Assembly (NCBI GenBank): GCA_907165135.1
Contig: OU015569.1
Span: 372,001-436,000 of the forward strand
Source of the DNA: Oikopleura dioica
Lineage: Eukaryota; Animalia; Chordata
DNA: 64,000 nucleotides
Reading direction: 5' to 3'
A program made the position numbers and the translations under genes. This document shows, piece after piece, positions 1 to 13,661 of this stretch (within the stretch, counting starts at the first letter, position 1; each line of letters opens with the position of its first letter). The notes below the pieces were generated by a model. The model did not search any database and was not told the origin of the DNA. It saw only the letters and a program-made list of their open reading frames with translations.

Positions 1-36
1 TCCCTGCAACAGTTTTTGAACTTTGGAATCGGTTGA

Positions 37-904
37 TCACTTCTTCATGTCCCCAATGTCTTCTATCATATCCGCCGGAATCTGAAAAGAATTTGAGGTT
101 TCATTTGACTATGCGCGGCTCTTTTTCCTGTGAAATAAAAAAGCCGCATGCGGCTTTATCGTCATTTCTCCAAGCCGCAAGCGGCTACTTTAATTTGGAC
201 TTACAATTTTAAGAAAATAATGAAAAAGAGAGGTGAAATTTACCTTGTCTCCGAATTTCTCGAGAATGAGGTCTATAACTTCGTCGATAAAGTCTCCCTG
301 AATGACGATTTCGTCGGCTTTTTCGTTGCTAGAAGTTCCGCATGCAAATTTCGATCCGAAAATCTTCGCTGTCTTTTTTAGATCAAGCTGAAATAAGCGG
401 AAGTTAAAGAAAGCTCTTGCGTTCTCAATTCTTACTTCATAAGAGTGGAGTCCCGTCACGTGGGTGACTGCCTTCTTTCGGCCTCTCGGGACGCGGCCGA
501 CTTTCACTTTTGCGGCTCTGCCTTCTTTTTGGCTTTGATGTTTCCTCGGCCGCCGCGCGATTGGGATTTCTTCTTTCCTTCCGTTTCTTTGATTTCGAGT
601 CCGCCAATGTCGATGTCTTTGTTCGCTGCTTGCTAACAGAACAAATGACCATCTCGATCAAAACCTCGTAAAAGAAACGAACCTCTAAGGCTTGTTTTCT
701 CATCTCCTCGGAAAGGTACTCGACGTATTCGAGCGGCATCTCGCAGTCGCCAAGGTAGGTAACTTTGACGGGGAACTCCTCGATCGCCTTGATCTTGTGC
801 CATCGCTTCTGGAGCGGGTTCATCTCCTCAAATGGAATATCCGGCAGCTGGTAAGTAGCTGGGTGCGCTGGTGGCCCGTCCTCGATTTCTTCGCAGTCCG
901 ACAT
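37..904 (-). CDS. DENR: Density-regulated protein (SUI1-domain re-initiation factor), multi-exon
   Basis: Spliced translation gives [43 protein letters not shown]...KFACGTS...EIVIQGDFIDEVIDLI, matching DENR. One base is missing in the A-run at 508-511. Last exon IPADMIEDIGDMKK* ends at 37. Confidence 0.92.
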
Positions 905-1797
905 TTTTCAACTTCTAAAAATTGATGAAAGAGACGAGACTTTTTGATAAAGGAGTGTGTGAGAGAGATTAGGCACGAATGTGGCGGTCACTGCGGCAGA
1001 AAGTTGCAAGCAAAAAAAAAAGAAAGCAAGAAAAAGACGAGAAACGCGCAACAGAAACATGTGCAAAAATGAGAAAATAAATTAGCGGCTGTGTTTTTTG
1101 ATTTGCTAAAATCCGACCTTTTTTCCGACGTTTTCTCTCAGACTTCACAAAGGAAAGAGTTCTCTACTGAAAATTTAACTGCTGAAAGTCAAGAAGCCGC
1201 TTGCGGCTTCGAGCGAAACAAAGGCGTAAGCCGCGCAAGAGAGCTCGGCTTTTCGCCTCTTTCGCTCGAAGCAGCATGTCGTTACTCGATTTTTAGCAGT
1301 TAAATTTACAGTAGAGAACTCTTTCTTTGAGAAATCTGAGGGAATTCGCCAGAAAGACGGATTTGGTTATACACTTGGTGTAAAAATAAATAGGCGGTAG
1401 TATTGTTAGCAAGAAGCATATTTTTTGTTGAATAAATTATAAAAATAGAGCTTTAAATAAATATAAAAAAAGATGATGGGTTGAACGGTTTTTGTGTAAT
1501 AAATAAATTAGAAACGTTTTTTGATTTAAAATTTGAAATAGAAAATGAACTTCACGAACAAAATTTGCCTAAAATTCAGAAAAATGAGTGTTCATGAAAA
1601 CGAAAATCAGCAATTTGAAGAATTGCGGTGGCAGAGTGCCCTTTTGGGAGCGCTGGGGAAGCGACAGTGGAGATAAATGTGGATTGATAAGTGGCAGCTC
1701 GGGAAATAGGAGCCCATGTCGAAAATAGTAGAAGTTGGCGACTCGGGGCTAGAAAAATGCTTGATTTTTAAAAGAAGAATGAGCTGGGCTCACCTTA

Positions 1798-2468
1798 TTA
1801 ATCATCAGATTCGGCGGCGTTCTTCTTCCAGTAGTAGTAAAGGATTACAATATCCTTTATCTGCTTCTGGGGAAGTATTCGTCCTTGATCACCTGCCACT
1901 TGGGGCCGTGCTTCTTCAGTGCTTTTTCGAAAATGGGAATGTCGCGATCCGTAAAGTCCAAATGGTCGGGAATCCAGTCGCAAGGCTTCACAACGCAGAT
2001 GTAGCCAGTGGAGCGGTCGATCACGTATGCGCGTCTGGGAAACTGGTAACGGGGGTATCCGCAGTATCCGGAATAAGTGCCGTCATCATCATCCTCATCC
2101 TTGTCGGATTCTTCCTCTTCTGCCACATGAAATTCGACAACCTCTACTTCTTCGTCTTCTTCTTCATTTTGCGTTTCTTGAGTAGCGGCAGGTTCATTTG
2201 GCGCGTCATCTTCTGGTGCTTCTGGTTCTTTTTCTTCCGGCAGTGGTTCTTGCTCCGCCTCTTCCGCGAACTCTCTCGCTGCCAGATCAAGGTCGACGTG
2301 GACAAAGGCCGACCGTTTGGCTGGTTTATAGAGCTGTCCGTCGACGCGGCCCCAGCCAGCGTCTACTCGTCGTCGATCCTCTCGGGTGAGTGGCTCAACG
2401 GTCTGAGTGGTTTTGGCGGCTTTGGCGGCCTCTTCGGGGGTGTCGTCGATCTTACGCTTGTGGGTCAT
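1798..2468 (-). CDS. Single-exon acidic protein with a C-terminal SANT/Myb domain (MTA/RERE/MIER-type SANT)
   Basis: FTDRDIPIFEKALKKHGPKWQVIKDEYFP-QKQIKDIVILYYYWKK is continuous once one base is restored in the run at 1869-1872. The N-terminal half is E/D-rich. Confidence 0.8.
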
Positions 2469-2772
2469 TTTGAATCGGATTCGGAGACCTAACTTGCGAC
2501 AATCTAAACAGTCCAAAAGTCAGAATTTTAAAAGGACGAAATAATTGAATAAATAAGAAAACGAGGATAGACAGGCTTGGGCCCAGCAACCTGTGTTCAA
2601 AGCCTGACTCAGGGCCTGAAATACCTCGAGTGAAAGGTCAGGCCCTGAGTCAGGCTTTGGATACAGGTTGCCGATCCCAGTAACAGGCAACTGTTTAAAA
2701 CTGTAACTGTGAAATCAGAAAGAATCGTATCCGTAATTTTAGCTTGAACTTTGAAAAAAGAGGTATTTTTCG

Positions 2773-5211
2773 CTACTTTTTGAGCAGTTTTCTAATGGTG
2801 ACCATGAAGCCGCCCGCCATGATGAGCAAAACGCCGGCGATGGTTAGCGCGTCGGGTGTTTCGTCGAAGATGAAGATTTGGAAAGAATAGGCGATGGGGA
2901 TTTCGAGCGAGCGCATGATCGTCACACGGCCGGGCTTCTCTCGCTGCAACGCCATTGTCAAGCAGCTCAGTCCGAGGAGGCCGTTTGGACCGATAAAGAG
3001 CAGCCACGGAATGTCGCTGGAGCAGGGCAGCTGGTCGCTCTCCAGAAGCAAGATGTACGCAGCTGAATAGGAGATTAATTACTAGCCGGGGCTTTTGGGA
3101 AGGACCCTTGAAGCGACATTTTTGTGGCGACAAAAGTTGCGTGGGCGGATCTTTCCTCTCTGATTGGCCTTGAAATATCTATCCGTTCTTAGGTGAAGTT
3201 TATTAACCAATGAGATGGCTGAATGGGGCAGACCGGCCAATCAGCGTTCGAAAAGACGCCAACGCAAAGTTTTGTCGCCGCGAAAATGTCGCTTTCTGAG
3301 AAGAGTTAGAGTTTAAAAAAGCCCCCGTCAAAGGCCCGTCGGGGGGCTTCTAAAAATTCGCGCATATATTTTCATGGATCAATTCTCTCGATATCTCTAG
3401 TATCAGGTTGGGTTCCTACTGTAGTCGGTCAAAACTAAACCCCATCTCAAACCTGTCTATGACGTCGTGAGCTTGGATACATGGCGCGTATCAGACATCT
3501 CTGAACTGAATTCCTTCTGGCTCACGAAAGGCCAAACTCGCAACGAAAAACGGGCTCTTATGGTGTTTACGATTCGAATCTAGCGAAGCTTTTTAGGGCG
3601 AAAATTGGCGTTTGGGGGTGTTTTTTGACAAGAAAAATGAGCTTTAAGTATGAAAAAGGGCATTTTTGACCATTTTTTGGACAAAATCGCCCTTTTCGTG
3701 GCCATTTTGATTGAAAAATAGATTTATTTGACCATATTTCATATATAAATCAGGGCTTTAGAACGATTTTTGAAAGAAAAATGTACTTTTTTATTGAGTA
3801 AAATATGTTATCTGGCCAATTTTTAAGAATAGAAAGCCCTAAATCGCAAGAATACCTGATAAAATCGCGCCAAAGAAGGAAAAATAAGTGATCGAGACGG
3901 TGAAATGAACACTTTTGCCGAGCTTGCGCACTGTCGTGTGGGCAATAGCAGCTCCGATTGCTCCAGCGACTGCGATGATGACTCCGACCGTGTTGACGTC
4001 GCTTTCTTCCGCGAAAATGAAGGAAGGCTGAAATTTGAAATTGAAAAATTTTTCACACAAACGCGTCAAAAATACATACATTTCAAATATAAACGGATAA
4101 GTGAATCTGAAGCACCTTGCTGAAGACGACAATGCCCAGCAGCGAAACCGGCAAAGAAAGAAGATCGACCAAGTGGGGTTTGTCGCCCAGCCAGAGCCAA
4201 GCGATCAGAGTCGACCAGACGACGCCAGTGTTGATCAAGGCGAAGCAATCGCCGATCGGAAGCATTTTGAAACTCGTGAAAATCTGAAAGAAAAATAAGA
4301 TTTTTTTTTGTATGTAAAACTTGGAAAACACAGTTTGTATTTTTAGCGGTATACTGTATACAGAAACTCTACATACAGTAAATGCTTAAAATTAAGTTCC
4401 CAGCAGAACTAGCTTATGCCAGAATAAACGAAAAGAAAGCCTGATTAAGCCTCGAAATCTGCTGAAAATCGAGAAGTCACTTGCGGCTTCGGGCGAAAAG
4501 ACCGAATAGCCGCGCGAAGCACAGCCTATGTCTTCTTCGACCCGAAAGCGTAAGTTTCTTCTCGATTTTTTCAGCAGATTTGGAAACTAAATCAGGGTTT
4601 CTTTCGTTAGTTCTGGCATGGATTTCTGTTGGGAACTCAATTTCCGCTTTTACTGGAATTTCAGGAATCCGATAATTTATAATTTTCAGTTTCTGAATAA
4701 GAACCTAACCTTACCGTGGCCATGCTAATACTTCCAATGGTGCCTCTGAAGCAAAGCCAGAGAAATCGCTCCGGAAGCATGTCTCGTTTCCGCAAAAGGC
4801 CAAAAGATCAGCGTCAGCTTTGCCTTGACTGATTCGGTAGCAGCAAACGGGAAAAAGCATGATGAACTGACTTGTGCAGCGCCAGAAAACGGCTTGAATC
4901 GGAGAAACGGACAGTTGCTTGATTATTACGCCGTTGAAACTGAAAATTTAATTTTTATTACAAAATTTTATTAATGAAAATCATCAGATTTAATTTATCT
5001 AAAAAAACTTAATAATTTGATTAAATAATTAATTATTTCTTTAAAAATTTAAAAATAAATAGTAAAAAACTTGGGAAAAATCAAAAATTTTGACTAAGAA
5101 AAATTTCATTTTCACCTTTTTTTCAATTTACCTGAAGAAAATAGCAGATAAAAAGGCAAGAAGCAGTCCAACTGGCTTTGGTTTTTGTTCTTCTTGAGAA
5201 ATCTCTGTCAT
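2773..5211 (-). CDS. SLC35G1: EamA/DMT-family solute carrier (SLC35G-like), multi-exon
   Basis: Hydrophobic exons GLLLAFLSAIFF, WLCFRGTIG, MLPIGDCFALINTGVVWSTLIAWLWLGDK and IMRSLEIPIAYSFQIFIFDETPDALTIAGVLLI are typical of two EamA repeats. Confidence 0.82.
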
Positions 5212-5457
5212 TTTCGCCTTTTCTCGCTGCGGAAATTCGTATTTTCCGACTTTTGTGAAAAAGGAAAGAAGGAATCTGCCGCGCGCGCTGATTGGCTCGC
5301 GCTCGGACTCCAGCGCGCGCATTACGTAATCGCTCTCGTTTCTCAAAGGATGTAAAAATGTTCTAGAAAGTAGAATTCTTGGGTCTTCGTTTTCGACTCG
5401 AGAAGAAATTTAACAGAAGAAAGAAAAATTAGCTTTTGAAAGTTTTTGAAATTCAGA
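5212..5457. promoter_or_regulatory. Probable bidirectional promoter between divergent SLC35G and HMGCS
   Basis: About 245 bp head-to-head gap with a GC-rich core and an inverted CCAAT box (ctgattggc, ~5287). An AG acceptor-like site lies just before the HMGCS ATG. Confidence 0.45.
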
Positions 5458-7662
5458 ATGAGCAGAAGCCAAAATGCCAATCAAGTCGGAATTCTAGCGG
5501 CAGAAGTTTACTTTCCAAGGCATTTTGTCGACCAGAAAGAACTGGAGAAATTTGATGGAGTTTCTGGTAAGACATTTTTAGCTTGTTTTATAGGTTCGAT
5601 TTAAGGGGGTAGGCATCGATAAAATACAAAAGCCTGAGCTCGGCAAACTGTGTAGAAAATCTGAGTCAGGGTCTGAAAACCTATGGAGCTTCTCAACTCT
5701 CGTTTAAAAATTGCATTTAGCGAGCTCTATCCCCTTTAAAATGACAGTTCTGAAGATGTTTGTTTCAGAGGGAAAATACACGATCGGGCTTGGCCAAGAA
5801 CGAATGGGAATCGTCTCTGACCGCGAAGACGTCAATTCTATCGCATTGACGGTTTTGGACAAATTGATCAAGTCGTACGATTTGGATCTGAAGAATGTTG
5901 GAAGACTGGAAGTCGGAACGGAAACGATGGTCGACAAGTCCAAAAGTGTCAAAAGGTAGTTTTTATTTTCAAAAGTAAAAAAATATCAGCTAAACATCGA
6001 AAAGCCGCTTGCGGCTTCTAGTAACTAGAGCGCCGCTCTTCCGTCATTTTAGCTCGAAGCCGCATGCGGCTTTTTGATTTTTAGCTTTTTTTTTAGGAAA
6101 AATGACGAGCTAGTTTTATTCTCTTTGAATTTTAGTGTCAGTCAGTCAAGTCAATATTTAGTTATTTGATGCAGCGATTCGAGGAAGCGGAGAACTTTGA
6201 CCTGGAAGGCGTGGACAATAAAAACGCGTGCTATGGTGGAACGGCGGCGCTTTTCAACACTGTGAATTGGGTAGAGAGCAGCGCTTGGGACGGGCGCTAT
6301 GGAATCGTCGTCATGGCCGACATCGCCATTTACGGGAAGGGAGCAGCCAGGCCGACTGGTGGAGTCGGTGCAGTTGCTTTGCTAATTGGGCCGGACGCGC
6401 CGCTGGAAATTAAACCTGTCAAGCAGCATTATATGAGGTAGGAGACATCGGTTTCTTCTCATTAGAATTGGAAAATGAGAACTTATGTCAGGCCAATTTT
6501 TAAGGGGGTACGGTCCGATCTGGGCTCGGCAACCTGAGTAGAAAACCTGAGTCAGGGTCTGAAAGATCAAAAATGAAAAGCCGCGAAGCGGCTTCGCCAG
6601 AAGTACAAAATATCTTTGAATTAATCGCGGCTTTTCATTTTTGATCTTTCAGACCCTGACTAAGGTTTCTACTTAGGCTATTAACCGTCCCCTGTTTATT
6701 TGAGCCACTAGACGTATTATTAATAACTCAACTTCATTAAGACATACCTACGACTTCTACAAACCCGACCTGACCTCCGAGTACCCAGTTGTAGACGGTC
6801 CCCTCTCAATCACGTGCTACTTCGAAGCTTTAGACAAATGCTACTCTGGCTGGCGCCAGAAAACAAAGAAGAATTCCTCTTTCTCGTTTTTAGAGAACTT
6901 GGACTATTTCTGCTTCCACGCGCCTTTCGCCAAGCTCGTCGAAAAATCCTTCGCCAGGTTGCTTTTCGGCGATCTTCAGTGCTGCCCGGAGCAGCTCCAG
7001 AGCAAAATCGGCAAAGAGGCTTTTGAGCAGCTCGAAAAATACAGAAACGTTTCGAGTAGCGATTCTCTCAAGGACAAAACGCTGGAGAAAACTTTAACTA
7101 CAGGAAAAGCGGCCTAAAGATAATCTTTGATTTTGCTCTAAAAAATCGTCAAAATTTTAATGCCGAAAAAAGTCGCCAAGCCTCTTTTCAAAACAATGTG
7201 TCTTCCCTCTTTAAAAATCTCCAAAAACGTCGGAAACATGTACACGCCCAGTCTCTACGGTTGCATTTTATCGCTCCTTTCGACGGGCAAACTGACGGGC
7301 GGTGAGAAGCTAGGCTGTTTTTCGTATGGATCCGGATTGTCCGCGACTTTTTATACGATTCAAGTGCACGCAGGGGACAAGTTACAGAAGCTAAATAATA
7401 TTACGGGGCTGATAGATGAGAGGCTGAACGCTAGAACGCAGATTTCGTGTCGTAAGTTAAAAATTGGGAACTACCGTTAATTTTGAATTCAGCTGAGTTG
7501 GTGGATTTCGCAAGTAAACGAGAAGCAGCGAACAAAGTCAGCAGCGAAAGTTTAAAAAACGCTGCTTTTTCGCCTTCTGGTCCGGTCGACTCGCTCGAGT
7601 CTGGAACGTATTTCCTGGAGCAAATCGACAGTAGATGGAGGCGGCATTACAAGACTGCCTGA
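5458..7662 (+). CDS. HMGCS1: Hydroxymethylglutaryl-CoA synthase, 6 exons
   Basis: [37 protein letters not shown], catalytic [44 protein letters not shown]. Includes a GA-AG intron at 7104-7172. Confidence 0.96.
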
Positions 7663-7749
7663 ACTAACACTCATTTCTTCAATTATTTATTATCCATCTT
7701 CCGATTAACAATCGAGTACTAATCTTTCGCGATTTTAAGAATTGTGAAA

Positions 7750-8402
7750 ATGGGCATCGTTGATTTTTACTCTGGCTACGGCGCCTACCACCACAATGTT
7801 GTGAATAAATGGATTCACATCGTTTGTATCCCGCTCATTCTCTACTCGATTTGTGGACTCTTCGAATATTGCAAGGTGAGGTTTTGATAATGCTTGAAAG
7901 AAGCATCAGTCTTTGTTGATTTCCCGACTTTCAAAGCTCTTACTCCGAATCATCATCATTTTTTCCAGGTAGAAATCGCCGATCGCCAAGTAAACGTCTC
8001 CTTGATCATCATGAGCTTCTGGTATGTTTACTACATGATTCTGCACGCTTTTGCTGGCTTCATCACCGCCAGCGTCTCGCTCATCGTCCACTTCTACTAC
8101 ATTCTACCTCTCGTCCAAAAAGGCGACGAAAACACCTTCTACTTTCTGCTCGCAGTTCAAATCTTCGGCTGGGTCGCTCAATTCGTCGGACACGGCGTTT
8201 TCGAGGGCCGCAAACCTGCGCTAATGGACAATATTCTTCAAGGTAAAAACAAGCTCCACTTTCTTCTTTTCCAACTCCTTTTCTAGCTTTCTCCGCTCCG
8301 CTCTTCGTAACGATGGAAATCCTGTTCATGTTCGGCTACAGTCCCGAACTCGAGGCCGCTTGCGAACAAGAAGTCCTCAGAAAAATGCCAAAGAAGAAAT
8401 AA
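7750..8402 (+). CDS. DUF962 / Mpo1-like membrane protein (2-hydroxy fatty acid dioxygenase family), 3 exons
   Basis: YGAYHHNVVNKWIHIVCIP and [43 protein letters not shown] are the DUF962 signature motifs. Confidence 0.88.
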
Positions 8403-8768
8403 ATTCCGCTCAACCTCTTCAACCACGAATTTCATACCTCTGTTCTACTTCTGTCTTGATTCTTTACAGTGCTACTGTCCCTAATTACAGTACTACTATT
8501 CCAAATGAAAATAATAAACTCTTCGATGATCCGAAATGTATTTTGTCCTTGTCTCGGCAACCTGTGGAGAAAACCTGAGTCAGGATCTAAAAGATCATGA
8601 ATGAAAAGCCGCATAATTACCTTTCTTATCAATTTTGATATCCTCTCCAAGTTAAAGCGTTTTCAGAAAACCTGAATCAGGTTTGTTAAACAGATTGCCG
8701 AGCCCAAATCTTGTCTTTTTTTCCAATTCTCATTGTTGGTTTCTTAAAAAAATAGTGAAAATCTCAGA

Positions 8769-10392
8769 ATGACGTATGAGTCGCGCCGCTCGTTGCTCAA
8801 AAAGATGCAAGAGCATCCCCGCTCCGTCGAATTATCGGAGTTGATTCTCGAACGAATGCCGATGGATGTGCTCACTTGGATCGCCCCCATCGTTTTGGAG
8901 CAAATCAACGAAGACGGCTGCAGTAATTTCGATGCGATGACGAGCCCTCTCTTCTGTCGCACCTTTCTAAATCCTCATTACAAGCGCGACACGATTCTCG
9001 AGCTCGTTGGCAAAGAACTAGAAGCGGAGATCAATTCAAAGCCAGACCGGCTCTCTGATGTGATGAAGATTGTCCAGAAACGCCACGACATGAAGTACAA
9101 CAAGAAGAAGCTTGAGCCGAAGGCGACGATCGAGTTCAAGTCTTCTGAAGTGGAAGTCAAATTCGGTCGATCATTCGTAAGAAAAATTCGCTCTTTTCAA
9201 ATTCTAATGACTTTTTTCAGCTTTTTGCTTGGACGAATGACGAACCACAAGGACTTGACTTGGGAGCAGCTCGAAGCAATCTTCTCCTGTTCAAAATCAA
9301 CCGGGAAAACGAGGAGCGTTCACCAAAGTTCGAGCTTGTCGACTATCACCCTCACGATCCTCAGCAAAATCCAGAACGGCGACCATTCTATCCCCTTCGC
9401 GCAACTGCATTTTTACCTCCGCGCGACGGCGTTTTTCTTGACTCAGTGGTTCTCAGTCCGGATTTCAGAAAACGGCTGTTCAGCCCTGACCAAGTAACGA
9501 CGGAAATCGTCAAAGGAAAGAAGATTCTTTTGGAATCTGAAAGCTTTGAGCAGATGGACTTTAACTTCTCTCGGCAACGATCTTGGCGAGATTACGTAAC
9601 GAATCCGAAGAGTGTTGTCCCGATGATCCAGGAAGCCGATTTATTTGAAGTTCATTCGTCCGGAGATGAGGAAGAAGAAGAAGAAAGCGAGGAGGAAATC
9701 AGTCCGTTCGAGAAGCGCGTCGTAGATTTTGGAACTTTTCTGGTGGAAAGCAGCAGGTTGTCTGGAGCTTTGATTTCACCCAGCGAGAAGAGGATAATTA
9801 CTGGGATACGGAAGCTCGGTTTTGGACGAAAACAACTGGCTCATTTTTGTTAGATCGGAACTTGACGATGATGATGCGCCGCCTGGAAAAGTGTACCACA
9901 GCGATTTAAAGACGAAAACGGTGACTCTTTACGAGTTTCCGCGAATCGCCAGAGCATCATTCCCAGAAGATCCAGCCTGTAGACAATACGGCATTTACGA
10001 AGATCTGGTCTACTACTCAAGATGGGCTGAATATCAAGAAGAAGAAGAAGAGAACAGATCTTTCTTTGTTCTAGGACACTTGATGAAGAAAAGCAGAAAA
10101 GACGTTTCGATTCTGACCTCATCGGCAAAAATTGCTTCAACAACCTCTGCTTTTGGAAATTCAAAAGCAGAAGGATCTCGAAATTGAGCTCAAAATTGGA
10201 AACAACGGTTTCGTCCACCTGGTCTCGTCCTCGTCGAAAAACTGTGCACGATTGATTGGGGAACCGATCATAGGCGACGTCGATGTCTTTACGTTCACGA
10301 TCGAGGACATCAAACAAAAATCCCCAAAGCCCGAAAACGATCCATTAAAATCAATAAAGAAGACGACGAGGAGACAACCTTACCAACAATAA
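8769..10392 (+). CDS. Hypothetical ~500 aa protein; weak F-box-like N-terminal motif
   Basis: Overlapping long ORFs (8769-9497, 9260-9853, 9822-10187, 10132-10392) join through one short intron (~9177-9220) and two probable frameshift errors. I recognise no family. Confidence 0.55.
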
Positions 10393-10753
10393 ACCTAGGT
10401 GAAAAAGACGTTCTCCTTTTCTAAATGCGTAAAAATTCAGAGGACTTTCGCGTGCCTGAATACCGGGATCACAGCGAAAATCTCCTCCCTTGGCAATCCG
10501 ATGTTGGCTTCGTCATCGGCAACAAATTTCATCTTCTCGTTTGAGTGTTTTTAGACTGCTGTTTGCCTTATTTATTGCAACTTACTTCACTACTGACACT
10601 TTTCTTCACTTCCATTTTCAAGGAATAATTGAATTTTTGCCACTTTCTCACTTCAAACACCGCCTTAGCTATTTCTATCACAGCCATTTTATTTCAAGCG
10701 AAACAGTAAACTCTTCGTATTGATTCAAAGCTAAAATACTGTCATTTTCAAGA

Positions 10754-13407
10754 ATGAGCAGTAGTACATTGTCGAGCAAGCGATTTTCGGATCTGAAGCC
10801 GCCCCTTCATCCGACTCTGTTGAAAATTCTAGCGGAAGTTGAGAAGTTTGAGTTCATGACAACAGTCCAAGTAAGAAAATTCGAGCAACACAAGACAATT
10901 AACTAGCATGATTCTTAGGAATACACGATCCCAATCTTTCTGCAAAACAAAGATGTGATGTGCGAAGCCGTCACTGGCTCGGGAAAGACGCTGGCCTTCC
11001 TTTTGCCCGCGCTGCACAAAATGATCTCTTCCGGGGCAAAGGACAAGATCTCGTTCATCGTTATTTCTCCGACCAGAGAGCTCGCTAATCAAACTCACAC
11101 AGGTCCTATCCTAATGCTGGTTTATTCGTTTATCGGAATTCTTCTAGTTTTGCTGCGATTTCTCGATGTTCTTGAAAAGTACACGGCGATGACCTGCATC
11201 GGCGGAGTAACAAAGATCCAGGAAGACATGGAAATGCTGGAGAAGTCGACTCCGGATGTGATCATCGCGACTCCGGGAAGAATGGACGATTTGATTAAAC
11301 GCTCCGATGTGCTCAAGGCGAAGCTGAAGACTGTGGAGATGTTGATTATCGACGAAGCGGACCAGGTTTTGAACCCTTTCCTGCTAATAAACAAAGCCTT
11401 TTTTAAGATTTTGGACATTGGTTTCGAAAAAGCGATCAATTTCATTTTGTCAAATCTTCCAAAACAGCGGCGAACCGGTCTATTCTCCGCGACGCTGAAC
11501 GAAAACGTCCTCCGTCTGAAAAAGGCTGGTCTGCGTCATCCCCACTCCGTCTCGGTCAAAGAAAAAGCGCGAGAGAACCTGTCCACGCCTCAAGAACTCA
11601 AACTGCTCTTCTCTGTCGTCGAGCCGCGCCACAAACTCAGTTATCTCGTTTCGTTGTTGAAAAAGCGGCGAAAGTCGAAGAGCGTCGTTTATTTTCTCAC
11701 TTCCGACCAGGTCGACTATTTCCACCAAGTTCTGAGGCAGCTGGTCAACTATCCAGTGATCAAGTGCCACGGGAAGAAGAACCAGAAATTGAGGTCGAAA
11801 GCGATCAAGGAATTTACCGACAGATCTGGCGGAGCTGTTCTAGGAAAGTCGCTACAAAGATATTTTCTTAGGGGTCACGTGACGTGATTTCGCGGACGAA
11901 AATGGTAGCAAAAATGCTGTGCTTTCCGTCGATATACAGTTGTTTACTGTCATCTGCTACAGTTTTCCCGCTTGAGGGGTCACAATAAAGGGTTACTAAA
12001 AGGGATAGGCATTAGCTATGCTAAGCAACCTGAGTCAGGGTCCTGATAGAGTTGTTTAAAGACAAATCTGCATCTCTTTAAAACCCTGACTCAGGTTTCC
12101 ACACAGGCTGCCCAGCCCAGAGCATCAGTAACCGTTAATTAATAATGTTAACTCTCTGATGATTTCTGAATGTAGCGAATTGTAACAGTTACGACGGATC
12201 TGCTCTGCCGCGGCGTCGATATTTCCGGCGGCGTGGACTACGTCATCCAGTTCGATCCTCCTACCTTTGCTCCAAACTTCGTCCATCGCGCTGGCAGGAC
12301 CGCTCGCGCTGGAAAAAGTGGAGAAAACCTGGTCTTCGTGACTCCGTCGGAGCACGAGCAAAACTACCTCGAGTTCATCAAACTCAACCAAAAGTCGGCG
12401 ACATGGTCGAATTAAAGGAAGATTTCGAGATGTTGGAACTGGAGAAGGTCAGAGAGATCCAGTTGAAGGACAAGAGGAACTTTGAATACGCGCAGAGGGC
12501 GTTTCCGAGCTTTGTTTGTGCTTACAAAGGTAACTACTGTACTACGACAATGAAATACAGTAACAAATCTTTTCTACAGAGAGTTCTTTCGATAACAAAT
12601 CCATAGGGCGCTTTTCTGATTGGTCAGAAATGATTTTAATCGGAGATTTCAATTTTGACCAATCAGGGAGCTTGATGGATAAATTCATTATCAAAAGAAG
12701 TCGTTGTAGGAGATTTTTAATTTCTGAAATTGATTTTTAGCGCACGAGTGCAAATACATCTTCCGCGAAAAAGAGCTGATCAAAAGTATCGGTGATTATG
12801 CGCACATGTTCGGTCTTTTGAAAATGCCAAAAATGGCCGAGCTGAAGAACAAGGAGTACACTGGCTTTACCAACAGCGACGTTGATATAGGTAAGCTACT
12901 ATCGCTCGAGCTGTCCAGCTTCTGACAGGGACAGACAGACAGTACGCATGTTCTTTTACTACTACTGTTTTTATTCATTATTTGCTGGGGCCACCAACCT
13001 GTGTACAAGATCTGAGTCAGGATTTCAGAACCTCTGTGTAAAATCCTGACTCAGGTTTTACACAGGTTGCCGAGCCTACAAATAGATTCATCATCTGTTT
13101 AGCTACACTTGAGTACAAAGACAAAAGCGTACGAGTGCAGCGAGCAATGAAGGAAGAAGAGCGACTAGAAAAGCGAAATAAAGAAGTAGAGCGAAAAAAG
13201 CGCGAAAAGAACAAAGCTTGGAGCGAGCAAAAAGCGGCGAAAAACAAAAAGGCGGAAAAGAGGGCCAGAAAGGCGAAGAAGCAGGAATTGATTGCGGCGG
13301 ATTTCGAAAAGGACTTGAAGGAACTCAACGAAGACTACAGCGTTATGAAGAAGAGGAAAAAGGGGCTCATTACGGAAGAAGAGCTGGAGGACAAACTTTG
13401 CGCCTGA
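10754..13407 (+). CDS. DDX55: DEAD-box RNA helicase DDX55/Spb4
   Basis: Q motif FMTTVQ, AVTGSGKTLAF, SPTRELA, IATPGR, DEAD, LPKQRRTGLFSAT, HRAGRTARAG, AFPSFVCAY..HEC and a Lys-rich tail. Confidence 0.94.
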
Positions 13408-13661
13408 CTGTAACTTTTTGTTCTTGACTTTTTCTGTAAAATGGACTAAAATGTTTAGTCGGCGCTTCAAACTTTCCTACTGATAGCAGCTCTTTTCATC
13501 GCGCTTTCTTATTGGTTCACTTCGAAGATTTGGGATGGACCAATCAAATTGCGTGATGGAAAGATTCGTTATCAACGGCAGCTCTGTAGCAAAATATTTT
13601 TCCTTGTAGAATGGGCAAAGATAAGGAATCGTATGAAAAAAACCTGGAAAAGTTTGAAGAA

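Noticed and set aside
508-511. Programmed ribosomal frameshift in DENR (also SANT 1869-1872, STX7 45592-45594 and others)
   Set aside because: Nearly all breaks I could localise are a single missing base in a homopolymer, across unrelated conserved genes. This is the typical long-read assembly error, not recoding or pseudogenisation.
1716-2492. 258-aa plus-strand hydrophobic ORF
   Set aside because: It is the antisense shadow of the acidic SANT gene (GAA/GAG codons read as Phe/Leu/Ser).
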